From contig JAUSKP010000048.1 of the NCBI GenBank assembly GCA_030646555.1, positions 2,236 to 66,235 on the forward strand: a stretch of 64,000 nucleotides of DNA. Direction: 5' to 3'. The translations under genes and the position numbers were made by a program. How positions within the stretch are numbered: the first letter of the stretch is position 1; every line of letters begins with the position of its first letter. This stretch comes from a bacterium (GTDB taxonomy: Bacteria > Patescibacteriota > Minisyncoccia > UBA6257 > 02-FULL-45-10c). The notes under the pieces are model-generated. The model was not told the origin of the DNA. It ran no database searches and saw only the letters and a list, made by a program, of their open reading frames with translations. Shown in pieces: positions 9,118 through 18,100 of this stretch.

Positions 9118-10125
9118 ATGTTTAATCGTAAAATAGGAATAGATCTTGGGACGGCAAATACAATCGTTTTTGTTTCGGGTAAGGGCTTTATTATTAATGA
9201 GCCTACAATTGTGGCCTTGAGCAAACCAGATAACACTGTTTTGGCTGTCGGCAGGGAAGCAAAAGAAATGATTGGTAGAACACCGGCGGATTTAATGGCG
9301 TATAGGCCGTTAAAAGATGGCGTGATAGCGGATTACTATATCACTAAGGCAATGCTTAGGTATTTTATTTCCAGGGCCAATGGAAGATTTAATCTGTTTA
9401 AACCCGATGTGGTTATATCTTCTCCTGCTGGCATCACCCCGACTGAAAGGAGGGCGGTTATGAACGCCGCGCGTGAAGCGGGCGCCAAAGAGGCATATAT
9501 CGTCAAAGAACCGATTCTGGCGGCATTAGGAGCAGGAATACCTATTAATGCCTATTCCGGAAGCATGATTATTAACATCGGCGGCGGAACATCCGAGGTG
9601 GCCGTTGTTTCTTTAGGGGGTATAGTTTCTTGGTCCAGTCTCCGCATTGCCGGTAATAAATTTGATCAAGTAATTACGGATTATATTAAGAAAAAATATT
9701 CTCTCGCCATTGGCGAACAGACAGCTGAACAGGTTAAGATCCAGATCGGATCGGCTTTGCCGACCAAGGATAAATTAGAATATCAGTTAAGAGGAAGGGA
9801 TCTCATCTCCGGACTTCCAAAAGATATAATTGTAAATTCCAACGAAATAGCGGAAGCTTTGACACCTCATCTTATTGATATAGCCGCTTCCGTTCAAAAT
9901 GTTTTCAACGAAACTCCTCCGGAACTTGTGGCGGATATTATGGAAAAAGGAATTATTGTTTCCGGCGGAGGCGCGATGCTTAGAAATATTGATGAATTTT
10001 TTAAACGAATGACTGGTGTGCAGACATATATCGCTGACGAGCCCTTGTTCTGCGTAGCAAAAGGCGCCGGAATTATCCTGACTCATTTGGATGTTTATAA
10101 GAGAACATTGCTTAATAAAAGATAA
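9118..10125 (+). CDS. mreB: rod shape-determining protein MreB (paralog 1)
   Basis: IGIDLGTANT...NEPTIVA; actin-fold phosphate motifs; GGGTSEVAV; 335 aa. Confidence 0.9.
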   Translation: MFNRKIGIDLGTANTIVFVSGKGFIINEPTIVALSKPDNTVLAVGREAKEMIGRTPADLMAYRPLKDGVIADYYITKAMLRYFISRANGRFNLFKPDVVISSPAGITPTERRAVMNAAREAGAKEAYIVKEPILAALGAGIPINAYSGSMIINIGGGTSEVAVVSLGGIVSWSSLRIAGNKFDQVITDYIKKKYSLAIGEQTAEQVKIQIGSALPTKDKLEYQLRGRDLISGLPKDIIVNSNEIAEALTPHLIDIAASVQNVFNETPPELVADIMEKGIIVSGGGAMLRNIDEFFKRMTGVQTYIADEPLFCVAKGAGIILTHLDVYKRTLLNKR

Positions 10126-10135
10126 AAATTAAGCA

Positions 10136-10951
10136 ATGCTTTGCGGACATAAAGATCTAAAAGAAAGTTTTTTTATTTTAGCTAAAAGGGGGAGTCTCTC
10201 TCACGGCTATATTTTTTTTGGAGAGCCACAAGTTGGTAAATTCAGTTTTGCTCTGTCACTGGCTAATTTTTTGGAAGCTGGCGATTTCAACTCAAAAGGA
10301 AAAATGCTTTCCGAAGTTTTAATCATAAAAGACTCCGGTATTGATTGCGTGAGAGAAATTAAGAATTTTCTGTGGCAAAAACCCCAAAATTCTCAAAAAA
10401 GGACCGTAATTATAGACAATGCGGACTTGTTAACTGCGGAAGCGCAGAGCGCCATTTTAAAAATAACCGAGGAACCCCCAGAACACGCTTTAATAATTTT
10501 GGTTGTCAGCAATCTGAATAATATTTTGCCGCCAATTCTTTCCAGACTGCAAAAAATATATTTCCCAAGAATAAGCAAAAATGAGATTAGTGAGTTTTTG
10601 ATAAAAGATATAGGTGTTAAAAAAGATAAAGCCGAAGAACTAGCAGTTCTTGCTTATGGCAGGCCAGGGAGGGCTATGAACCTGATAAATAACAAAGAAT
10701 TATCAGAAATAGATGAGTTGGCTCAAAAATTTTTAAGATTCACTGGTCTTAACAGATCACAATTCATTAAAAAGTTAGTTGATGATCAAAAAGAAAAACC
10801 GGAAATATTAGATCAATTTTTTGAAAGTCTGATTGTTATATTAAGAAAAGATCCTGTAAAAAATCATCAAATGATTAAGTCGATTTTAAGTAGACTATTT
10901 TTGATAAAAAGTTATAATGTTAACAAACGTTTACAAATTGAAGCAATATAA
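10136..10951 (+). CDS. holB: DNA polymerase III delta-prime-like clamp-loader subunit
   Basis: AAA+ clamp-loader motifs: GYIFFGEPQVGKFSFALSLANFL, VIIDNADLLTAEAQSAILKITEEPPEHALIIL, SRLQKIYF. Confidence 0.7.
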   Translation: MLCGHKDLKESFFILAKRGSLSHGYIFFGEPQVGKFSFALSLANFLEAGDFNSKGKMLSEVLIIKDSGIDCVREIKNFLWQKPQNSQKRTVIIDNADLLTAEAQSAILKITEEPPEHALIILVVSNLNNILPPILSRLQKIYFPRISKNEISEFLIKDIGVKKDKAEELAVLAYGRPGRAMNLINNKELSEIDELAQKFLRFTGLNRSQFIKKLVDDQKEKPEILDQFFESLIVILRKDPVKNHQMIKSILSRLFLIKSYNVNKRLQIEAI

Positions 10952-10962
10952 AATATAAAAAA

Positions 10963-11511
10963 ATGGATATTACTAAAGAATTGGACGCAAAACTTAAGAA
11001 CTTTTTAGAATTTCTTAAAACCGAATTCCAAACTATAAGAAGCAACAGGCCTTCAGCCAGAATGGTTGAGGACATAAAAGTTGAATATTTTGGCCAATTG
11101 ACTCCAATTAAGGCATTGGGTTCTATATCTATAGTTCCGCCGAGAGAAATAAATATTTCGGTTTGGGATGCAACCGTGGCTGGTGCAGTGGCAAAAGCTA
11201 TTGAAAATTCTTCTTTAAAGATTGGGGCCAGTATTACCGGCAATTTAATTAGGGTAAGTTTGCCATCTTTAACAGAAGAGAGAAGAAAAGAATTGGAAAA
11301 AGTTATCAGAAAAATAACAGAGGAAACTAAAATAAAAATTCGTGGCGCTCGAGATGATTCAAATAAGAGTATTAAAAAAATGGAGGACGAGGATGTTTTT
11401 TCAGAAGATGTGGCCTTTAAGAAAAAAGAAGAAGTGCAAAAGATTGTAGACAGATACAACGGGGAAGTAGATAAGGTGCTCGGAGCGAAAATTAAGGAGA
11501 TATTTGAGTAG
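10963..11511 (+). CDS. frr: ribosome recycling factor
   Basis: 182 aa; F..IR.NRPS..M.E.I.V.YFG..TPI...G.I; Lys/Glu-rich C-terminal half. Confidence 0.9.
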   Translation: MDITKELDAKLKNFLEFLKTEFQTIRSNRPSARMVEDIKVEYFGQLTPIKALGSISIVPPREINISVWDATVAGAVAKAIENSSLKIGASITGNLIRVSLPSLTEERRKELEKVIRKITEETKIKIRGARDDSNKSIKKMEDEDVFSEDVAFKKKEEVQKIVDRYNGEVDKVLGAKIKEIFE

Positions 11512-11528
11512 GGTTAAAAATAGTTTTT

Positions 11529-12548
11529 ATGGGAATAATTGTTTTTTTAGGACTTTCTTTTGTTGTTATAGTGCACGAACTTGGGCATTTTTTAATGTCT
11601 AAGTTTTTTGGTGTTGCTGTTGAAGAATTTGGAATAGGTTTTCCGCCCAGAATTTGGAGCAAGAAAATAAAAGAAACAATTTATAGCTTCAATTGGATCT
11701 TGTGGGGAGGCTTTCTCAAAATAAACGGCTTAAGGTCCGAAGTGGAAAGAAAAGATCTTCCGCCTCACACCAGTTTTATGCGTCAGAGTTTTTGGAAAAA
11801 GGCGCTGATAATCGCCGGGGGCGTCATGATAAATTTCTTTTTAGGATGGTTCTTGCTTTTTATAGTTATGACCTTGGGAATCCCGCAGGGTATTTTTGTG
11901 GCGGATATAAAGCCCGAGAGCTTGGCTTACTATTCCGGGTTCCAAAAAGGAGATTTAATATTAAATTTTCAGAATGCCGATGAATTCAATAGTTATTTAA
12001 AGGAAAGCGCCGGAAAAGAAGCAGATTTTAAAGTAAAAAGGGATGGTTCTGAAAAGAATATATCAGTTCTTTTTCCGGAAGAAAGCTCTAAAACAGGAGA
12101 AATATTAGGAATTTATTATAGCGAGACAGGTACGCCAAAAACCGGGATAGTGGAAGGTGTCATTGAAAGTTTTAAAACTGCGTGTGGTTTAGTTATTTCC
12201 TATCTGGGTGGATATATTTCTTTAATTGGCAGATTATTTACGGATTCTTCGGCTATTCAAAGTTTAGTGGGTCCAGTCGGTCTTTTTGCCATGGGATCAT
12301 TAGTTTCTAAAGCGGGACTGGTTTATTTTCTTCAGCTTCTGGCTTTTCTCTCTATAAATCTTGTAATTTTTAATTTTTTGCCATTCCCAATGCTGGATGG
12401 CGGGTGGTTTATAGTGATTTTAATTGAAAAAATAAAAGGTTCTCCTGTAAGCCAAAAAACTGAAATGATAGTGAATGGATTTGGCTTTATTGTTCTTTTT
12501 TCTTTATTTGTATTTACGACAATTAAGGACGTGATCGGTCTTTTTTAG
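11529..12548 (+). CDS. rseP: RIP metalloprotease RseP (site-2 protease, M50)
   Basis: HELGHF zinc motif at the N-terminus, multiple TM segments, central PDZ-like region, C-terminal LDGG motif. Confidence 0.8.
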   Translation: MGIIVFLGLSFVVIVHELGHFLMSKFFGVAVEEFGIGFPPRIWSKKIKETIYSFNWILWGGFLKINGLRSEVERKDLPPHTSFMRQSFWKKALIIAGGVMINFFLGWFLLFIVMTLGIPQGIFVADIKPESLAYYSGFQKGDLILNFQNADEFNSYLKESAGKEADFKVKRDGSEKNISVLFPEESSKTGEILGIYYSETGTPKTGIVEGVIESFKTACGLVISYLGGYISLIGRLFTDSSAIQSLVGPVGLFAMGSLVSKAGLVYFLQLLAFLSINLVIFNFLPFPMLDGGWFIVILIEKIKGSPVSQKTEMIVNGFGFIVLFSLFVFTTIKDVIGLF

Positions 12549-12594
12549 ATTTGTTTTATCACCGTTTTTCGCTTAAAATATTAGTACTAGTAAA

Positions 12595-13851
12595 ATGAAA
12601 CAATCTCAATTATTTGCAAAGACATCGAGGAAACTTTCTGAAAGTGAGGCATCTAAAAATGCCCAATTTTTACTTAGAGGGGGATTCATAGATAAATCTT
12701 CCGCCGGAGTTTATACCCTGCTTCCTTTGGGCTTGAGAGTTTTAGAAAAAATAAATAAGATTATTCGAGAAGAAATAAATGCCATTGGCGCAGAAGAGCT
12801 TTTGATGCCTTCTTTGATCCAGAAAAAATATTGGGAAAAGTCTGGAAGATGGGGAGTGGATGTTATTTACAAAACTTCAACCGGCACAGAAAATAAAGAT
12901 AAAAAAGATTTTGAATATGGCCTTGGCTGGACTCACGAAGAAGTCATCTCGGCCATAGCCGTAAAGTTCATTAATTCTTATAAAGATCTTCCTAAGGCCG
13001 CCTATCAGATTCAAACTAAGTTCAGAGCCGAGGCAAGGCCTCAAGCCGGACTTTTGCGCGGACGCGAATTTTCAATGAAAGACTTGTACAGTTTCCACGA
13101 ATCAAAAGAAGATTTGGATAATTATTATGAAAAAGTTATCAATGCCTACAAAAATATATTTAAGAGACTTGGTCTTAAAACTTTAATTTGTGAAACTGGG
13201 GGCGGGGACTTTACGAAAGAATATACCCATGAATTTCAAGTTCTCAATCCCGCCGGAGAAGATACTATTTTTTATTGCGAAAAGTGCGGTTTCGGCCAAA
13301 ATCAGGAAGTTTATAAGCCCGAAGCTCATAAAAATTGCAAAAATCCAATACAATCTGGCAGAGCTATTGAAGTGGGTAATATTTTCAAGTTGGGAATCAA
13401 GTTTTCCGAAGCTTTTGGAATTTCATTTTTGAATAAAAACGGCGAGAAAAAACCGGTAATAATGGGCTCTTACGGAATTGGACCAACCAGAGTTTTAGGA
13501 ACCATCGTAGAGGAGTTCAGTGATGAATATGGGATTATTTGGCCTGAAACAGTAGCTCCATTTCAAGTTCACTTAGTTGAATTAAGCGGTAAAGATTCGG
13601 ATGGCAAAGTAACTAAGGCAGCTATGGCCTTATATGAAAAACTAGTTAAGAATGATATTGAGGTATTGTATGATGACAGAGACGCTTCAACGGGAGAAAA
13701 ACTTAATGACGCGGATCTGATGGGGATTCCGAATAGGGTGGTAATCAGTGAAAAAACGTTGGCTGCCAAAAAAATTGAATTAAAAATAAGAGGATCCAAA
13801 AAAACTGATCTGATCTCTGAAGCAGAACTAATTAAAATTTTACAAAAATGA
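12595..13851 (+). CDS. proS: proline--tRNA ligase, bacterial type without INS editing domain
   Basis: Class II motif 2 FRAEARPQAGLLRGREFSMKDLYSFH; N-terminal YTLLPLGLRVL; 418 aa. Confidence 0.75.
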   Translation: MKQSQLFAKTSRKLSESEASKNAQFLLRGGFIDKSSAGVYTLLPLGLRVLEKINKIIREEINAIGAEELLMPSLIQKKYWEKSGRWGVDVIYKTSTGTENKDKKDFEYGLGWTHEEVISAIAVKFINSYKDLPKAAYQIQTKFRAEARPQAGLLRGREFSMKDLYSFHESKEDLDNYYEKVINAYKNIFKRLGLKTLICETGGGDFTKEYTHEFQVLNPAGEDTIFYCEKCGFGQNQEVYKPEAHKNCKNPIQSGRAIEVGNIFKLGIKFSEAFGISFLNKNGEKKPVIMGSYGIGPTRVLGTIVEEFSDEYGIIWPETVAPFQVHLVELSGKDSDGKVTKAAMALYEKLVKNDIEVLYDDRDASTGEKLNDADLMGIPNRVVISEKTLAAKKIELKIRGSKKTDLISEAELIKILQK

Positions 13852-14894
13852 AAATTTTCGATTATTTTTCAAAAAATATAGGAATTGATCTCGGCACAGC
13901 TAATTCGCTTATTTATCTGGCCGGCAAAGGCATGGTTATAAACGAGCCTTCAATTGCCGCCATCAATAATAAAACCGGACAAATAGTGGCCATCGGAGAA
14001 GAGGCTAAAAAAATGATTGGCAGAACCCCGCTTCACATTACCGTTATCAGACCGCTTATCAATGGCGTTATTTCTGACTTTGAAATGACCCAAGAAATGC
14101 TCAATTTTTTGCTTAAAAAAGCAGTTGGACCGTCAAATTTTTTAAATTTTAACAAAGCCGTCATAGGCGTACCCAGTAATCTTACTGAAGTTGAGCGTAA
14201 ATCTGTTGAAGATGCGGTGATCGGCGCCGGAGCCAGCAAAGTTTATATCGTTGAAGAGCCACTTTTGGCCGCTTTAGGAGCTAAAATGCCGATAGATGAG
14301 CCAACTTCTAATATGATCATTGATATCGGAGGGGGCACTACTGAAATAGCGGTAATTTCTATGGGCGGCATAGTAAATGCTAAGAGTATTAAAATTGCAG
14401 GTGATAAATTAAATGAAGATATTGTCAGATTTATCCGGGACGAATTTCATTTGGCTATCGGCGAACCTACAGCCGAAGAACTGAAAATAAATATCGGATC
14501 AGCGTTGCCACTAGACCAAAAGATGGACTTGCCCATAAGGGGAAGGGATATGACAACGGGACTTCCAAGAGAAATTATTGTCAGAGATACGCATATCAGA
14601 ATGGCAATTTCTAAATCTTTAAAAATAATCATAGATTCAATAAAAGAAACCATAGAAACGACTCCACCAGAATTAGTCGGAGACGTTCTTAAGAGAGGTA
14701 TCTTTATTTGCGGCGGGGGGAGCTTGTTGAAAGGCATAGATAAATTAGTTGAAAAGGAAATAACTGTAACCACCAGAATCGTTGAGGATCCATTAACCTG
14801 CGTTGCAAGGGGGGCCGGAATGATAGCCGAAAATCTCATTAAATATTCTTACCTGGTAAATAATCCTTTGAGACCCAAAGAGATTAAAATATAA
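13848..14894 (+). CDS. mreB: rod shape-determining protein MreB (paralog 2), first gene of mreBCD-pbp2 cluster
   Basis: IGIDLGTANSLIYL...NEPSIAA; GGGTTEIAV; 348 aa; immediately upstream of mreC. Confidence 0.9.
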   Translation: MKIFDYFSKNIGIDLGTANSLIYLAGKGMVINEPSIAAINNKTGQIVAIGEEAKKMIGRTPLHITVIRPLINGVISDFEMTQEMLNFLLKKAVGPSNFLNFNKAVIGVPSNLTEVERKSVEDAVIGAGASKVYIVEEPLLAALGAKMPIDEPTSNMIIDIGGGTTEIAVISMGGIVNAKSIKIAGDKLNEDIVRFIRDEFHLAIGEPTAEELKINIGSALPLDQKMDLPIRGRDMTTGLPREIIVRDTHIRMAISKSLKIIIDSIKETIETTPPELVGDVLKRGIFICGGGSLLKGIDKLVEKEITVTTRIVEDPLTCVARGAGMIAENLIKYSYLVNNPLRPKEIKI

Positions 14895-14940
14895 GGGCTT
14901 TGTCTGAGTCTTGCGAAGCGAGACGAAGCTACAAAACCTT

Positions 14941-14997
14941 ACCCTGTTAAATAATCCGTCAGTTGACGGATTGCCGCTAGGCGGCATTTAACAGGGT
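14941..14997 (+). other. Y-shaped structured intergenic element (12-bp outer stem closing two inner hairpins)
   Basis: ACCCTGTTAAAT...ATTTAACAGGGT outer stem. Inner hairpins are AATCCGTC-agtt-GACGGATT and GCCGC-tag-GCGGC. Sits between mreB2 and mreC. Confidence 0.5.
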
Positions 14998-15112
14998 GCT
15001 CAAATTTATTAGCCCGCTAAAATAGTTAACTGATTTAGTTAAAAAACAAAAAATCTAGATATTATGTGCTATTATCAAAAATTTATAATTAATTTAGCAG
15101 GATAAATTTGGC

Positions 15113-15799
15113 ATGATCTTTATCCGTTTTGCGATAATTGCGGTCTTGCTGATTTTATTATTCAGTAATAATTTAATTTTTGTTAAAAATTTATTTTCAC
15201 CTTCATTAAACGCTAAAAATGAAATTGAAAGATTGGCGCTAGAAAATGATTCTTTAAAAACAGAGCTTTATATTGCTGAAAATCTAAGCGGAAAAGAGCT
15301 TAGCGACGGCAAATGGGAGTATTTTTATTCAAAGATATTTTCTTCTTATCCGTTCAATGATCAAAATTTGATAGGCATAGCTAGCGGTGAAATAAGCGGC
15401 ATTCAGCAGTATCAAGCCGTTGCTGCCGCCCCAGGTGTTTTATTGGGGCAGATCATAAAAGTTAATAAAAATACCGCTCTAGTCAGAACGATTTTTGATA
15501 AGGATTTCATTGCTGCCGTTAAAATTGGGGAGAATAAAACCGACGCTTTATTGAAAGGAGGCATTCCTCCGACTCTGGAGATGATTGAGAAAAGTAAAAC
15601 CATTAAAAATGGGGAAGTTGTTTATAATGCGGATAAAAATTATCCATATGGCTTTAAGTTAGGTGAGGTTCAAATAGTTGAAAATAAAAATACAGATACT
15701 GCCGGATTATTTCAAAAAGCATATCTAAGAGTCGATTACAGCATCGCCTTGTTAGAAGATGCCTTAATCATAAAAAACTTTGAAGTTCTAAAAAATTAA
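15113..15799 (+). CDS. mreC: rod shape-determining protein MreC
   Basis: N-terminal TM, coiled-coil region (LALENDSLKTELY), beta-rich C-terminal domain with the G.ISG....QY motif; position after mreB. Confidence 0.7.
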   Translation: MIFIRFAIIAVLLILLFSNNLIFVKNLFSPSLNAKNEIERLALENDSLKTELYIAENLSGKELSDGKWEYFYSKIFSSYPFNDQNLIGIASGEISGIQQYQAVAAAPGVLLGQIIKVNKNTALVRTIFDKDFIAAVKIGENKTDALLKGGIPPTLEMIEKSKTIKNGEVVYNADKNYPYGFKLGEVQIVENKNTDTAGLFQKAYLRVDYSIALLEDALIIKNFEVLKN

Positions 15800-15815
15800 T
15801 TTATATTGATCTAGT

Positions 15816-16271
15816 ATGAAAGAGAGGATGGCATTTTTTTTAGACATAACGTTGGTTTCTATGATCGGTTTAGCGCAGAGCGCCTCTCTTATAATTTTTA
15901 GCGGCGTAAAACCCAATCTTATTTTGGCGGTATTGGTTGTTTTGCTCTTTTCCGAAAAAGAATTTTGGAAATACTTAATTTTAGTCTTGGTCTCTTTAAT
16001 TTGTTTAGATTATTCTGTTTTTATCTCAAAAGAAGTGGTTCTTTTTGGAGTAATAATGCTCTCAGCTTTTTATTTTAAAAAATATTTAAGTGAAAATACA
16101 TATTTAAATTTTTTCTTACTCACTTCAATTTTAACAGCAATGCTTTACCTGCTCGTTGATTACAAGTTCATTTTTAACAATTTCGGCTTATTTTTATGGG
16201 AACTATTTTATAATGTATTAATAAGTTTGGCCTTCGGATTTTTGTATAAAGGATTAAATGGCAAAGAATAA
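15816..16271 (+). CDS. mreD: rod shape-determining protein MreD-like polytopic membrane protein
   Basis: 151 aa, about 5 hydrophobic helices, lies between mreC and PBP2; call based on synteny. Confidence 0.5.
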   Translation: MKERMAFFLDITLVSMIGLAQSASLIIFSGVKPNLILAVLVVLLFSEKEFWKYLILVLVSLICLDYSVFISKEVVLFGVIMLSAFYFKKYLSENTYLNFFLLTSILTAMLYLLVDYKFIFNNFGLFLWELFYNVLISLAFGFLYKGLNGKE

Positions 16272-18096
16272 TTTTTCATCAAAGGAAGAAGTTTTTTTTG
16301 AAGAAGCTGTTTTTGACAGCTTTTCTTCGCATAAAAATTTAAATCATTTAGAGCTCCCTGTATCTAAAAAAGCTTTTGCCTTGATCGCTGCGGCGGCAAT
16401 TTTAATAGCCGGGGTAGTTTTTTTGAGGGTGTTGTATTTGAGCTCATTTATGGGGGGATTTTATAGCCTCAGATCGGAAGCCAATGTCGGCAAGGAAATT
16501 TATAATCCGAGCAATAGGGGTATCATTTACGATCGTTATGGAGAACCGTTGGTGGAAAATATTCCGGCTTTTGCTGTTTCTTTAAAAATTAAAGATTTTT
16601 CAGAAAATTCTGAAGCAGAAAAACAAGCCCTTTCCGATATATTAGAGATACCTCTATTAGAAATTGGAAATAAAATTTCCGGTCAGAACATAGAAAGATC
16701 CCCATCTTTTATTTTGGCTAGAGATGTTGATTCAGAAAAAATAATAAGCTTAAAAGCTTTAAATCTAAAAGGCGTTGAAATAATAGACGATTATAAACGC
16801 CAATATATTGACGGACCGGCTTTTTCTCACGTTTTAGGTTATACAGGTATGAGCGATAAAAGCAATGAAATAATAGGAAAAACCGGAATAGAGCTGTCTT
16901 ATGATGATATTTTAAAAGGGACTGACGGCAAAACTATCGTTTATAGAGATGCAAAGGGCAATATTTTTGATAAAAAGATAGTTGAAGAGCCTAAGAATGG
17001 GGAAAGCATAACGCTCACAATAGACGCTGATCTGCAAAATTATTTTTATAATAGCCTCAACCAAGCATTGATAAATTTAGGAAGAAATTCGGCTGTGGGC
17101 CTAGCTATCAATCCCCAAAATGGAGAAGTTCTGTCCCTTATCAGTCTGCCGAGTTTTGACAATAATATTTTTTCCAGATCGAGAAATAACGCGGAAAAAA
17201 ATAGAATTTTAAATTCTGTCTATGCTCCGCTTTTCAATAAAGCTATTTCCGGCGCTTATACGCCGGCTTCAACCATAAAACCAATGGTGGGACTGGCGGC
17301 CTTAGCAGAGGGTCTTATTGATCCAAAAAAACAAATTCTTTCTATTGGCTATATTGAAATACCAAATCCATATGATTCTACAAAGCCAAGCAGATTTTTA
17401 GACTGGAAGGCAAATGGCTGGGTGGATCTTTATTCGGCTCTGGCAAGATCCAGCAACGTTTATTTTTACGAAGTTGGCGGAGGATTTGAAGACCAAAAAG
17501 GCTTGGGAATTGATAAGCTTAAAGAGTATTGGCAAAAATTCGGTTTGGGCAAGAAAACAGGAATTGATTTGCCCAGCGAAGCCGAAGGTTTTTTGCCGGA
17601 TCCGGTTCAAAAAGAAGCCGATAAAAATGATATTTGGAGAATAGGCGATACATATAACGTCAGTATCGGGCAGGGAGATCTGTTGGTTACGCCAATCCAA
17701 TTAATTTCCCAGATTGCGGCCATAGGAAACGGCGGTTATTTTTATAAGCCGCATGTATTAAAAGATGCGGCCAGTGAAACTTTAATAGATTTTAGCAATC
17801 TAGGAAATTATATAAAAGAAATTAAAAGGGGAATGGGCGATGCAGTAAGCAAACATTATGGCACGGCGAATATGCTTAGCAGTATACCAGTGGGCATAGG
17901 CGCTAAAACAGGAAGTTCGCAGGTTTCTAATAATTTGAAAACAAATGCATTTTTTGTAGGATTTATGCCGCTGGAAAATCCGCAAATAGCAATTTTAGTT
18001 TTAATTGAAAATGCGAAAGAAGGCAGTCTGAACGCGGTTCCTGTCGCTAAGGATGTCTTGGAATGGTATTATTGGAACAGAATAGTTAATCTATAA
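16258..18096 (+). CDS. mrdA: penicillin-binding protein 2 (peptidoglycan D,D-transpeptidase)
   Basis: Transpeptidase motifs ASTIKP (SxxK), SNVYF (SxN), KTGS (KTG); N-terminal TM; 612 aa. Confidence 0.85.
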   Translation: MAKNNFSSKEEVFFEEAVFDSFSSHKNLNHLELPVSKKAFALIAAAAILIAGVVFLRVLYLSSFMGGFYSLRSEANVGKEIYNPSNRGIIYDRYGEPLVENIPAFAVSLKIKDFSENSEAEKQALSDILEIPLLEIGNKISGQNIERSPSFILARDVDSEKIISLKALNLKGVEIIDDYKRQYIDGPAFSHVLGYTGMSDKSNEIIGKTGIELSYDDILKGTDGKTIVYRDAKGNIFDKKIVEEPKNGESITLTIDADLQNYFYNSLNQALINLGRNSAVGLAINPQNGEVLSLISLPSFDNNIFSRSRNNAEKNRILNSVYAPLFNKAISGAYTPASTIKPMVGLAALAEGLIDPKKQILSIGYIEIPNPYDSTKPSRFLDWKANGWVDLYSALARSSNVYFYEVGGGFEDQKGLGIDKLKEYWQKFGLGKKTGIDLPSEAEGFLPDPVQKEADKNDIWRIGDTYNVSIGQGDLLVTPIQLISQIAAIGNGGYFYKPHVLKDAASETLIDFSNLGNYIKEIKRGMGDAVSKHYGTANMLSSIPVGIGAKTGSSQVSNNLKTNAFFVGFMPLENPQIAILVLIENAKEGSLNAVPVAKDVLEWYYWNRIVNL

Positions 18097-18100
18097 TAAA

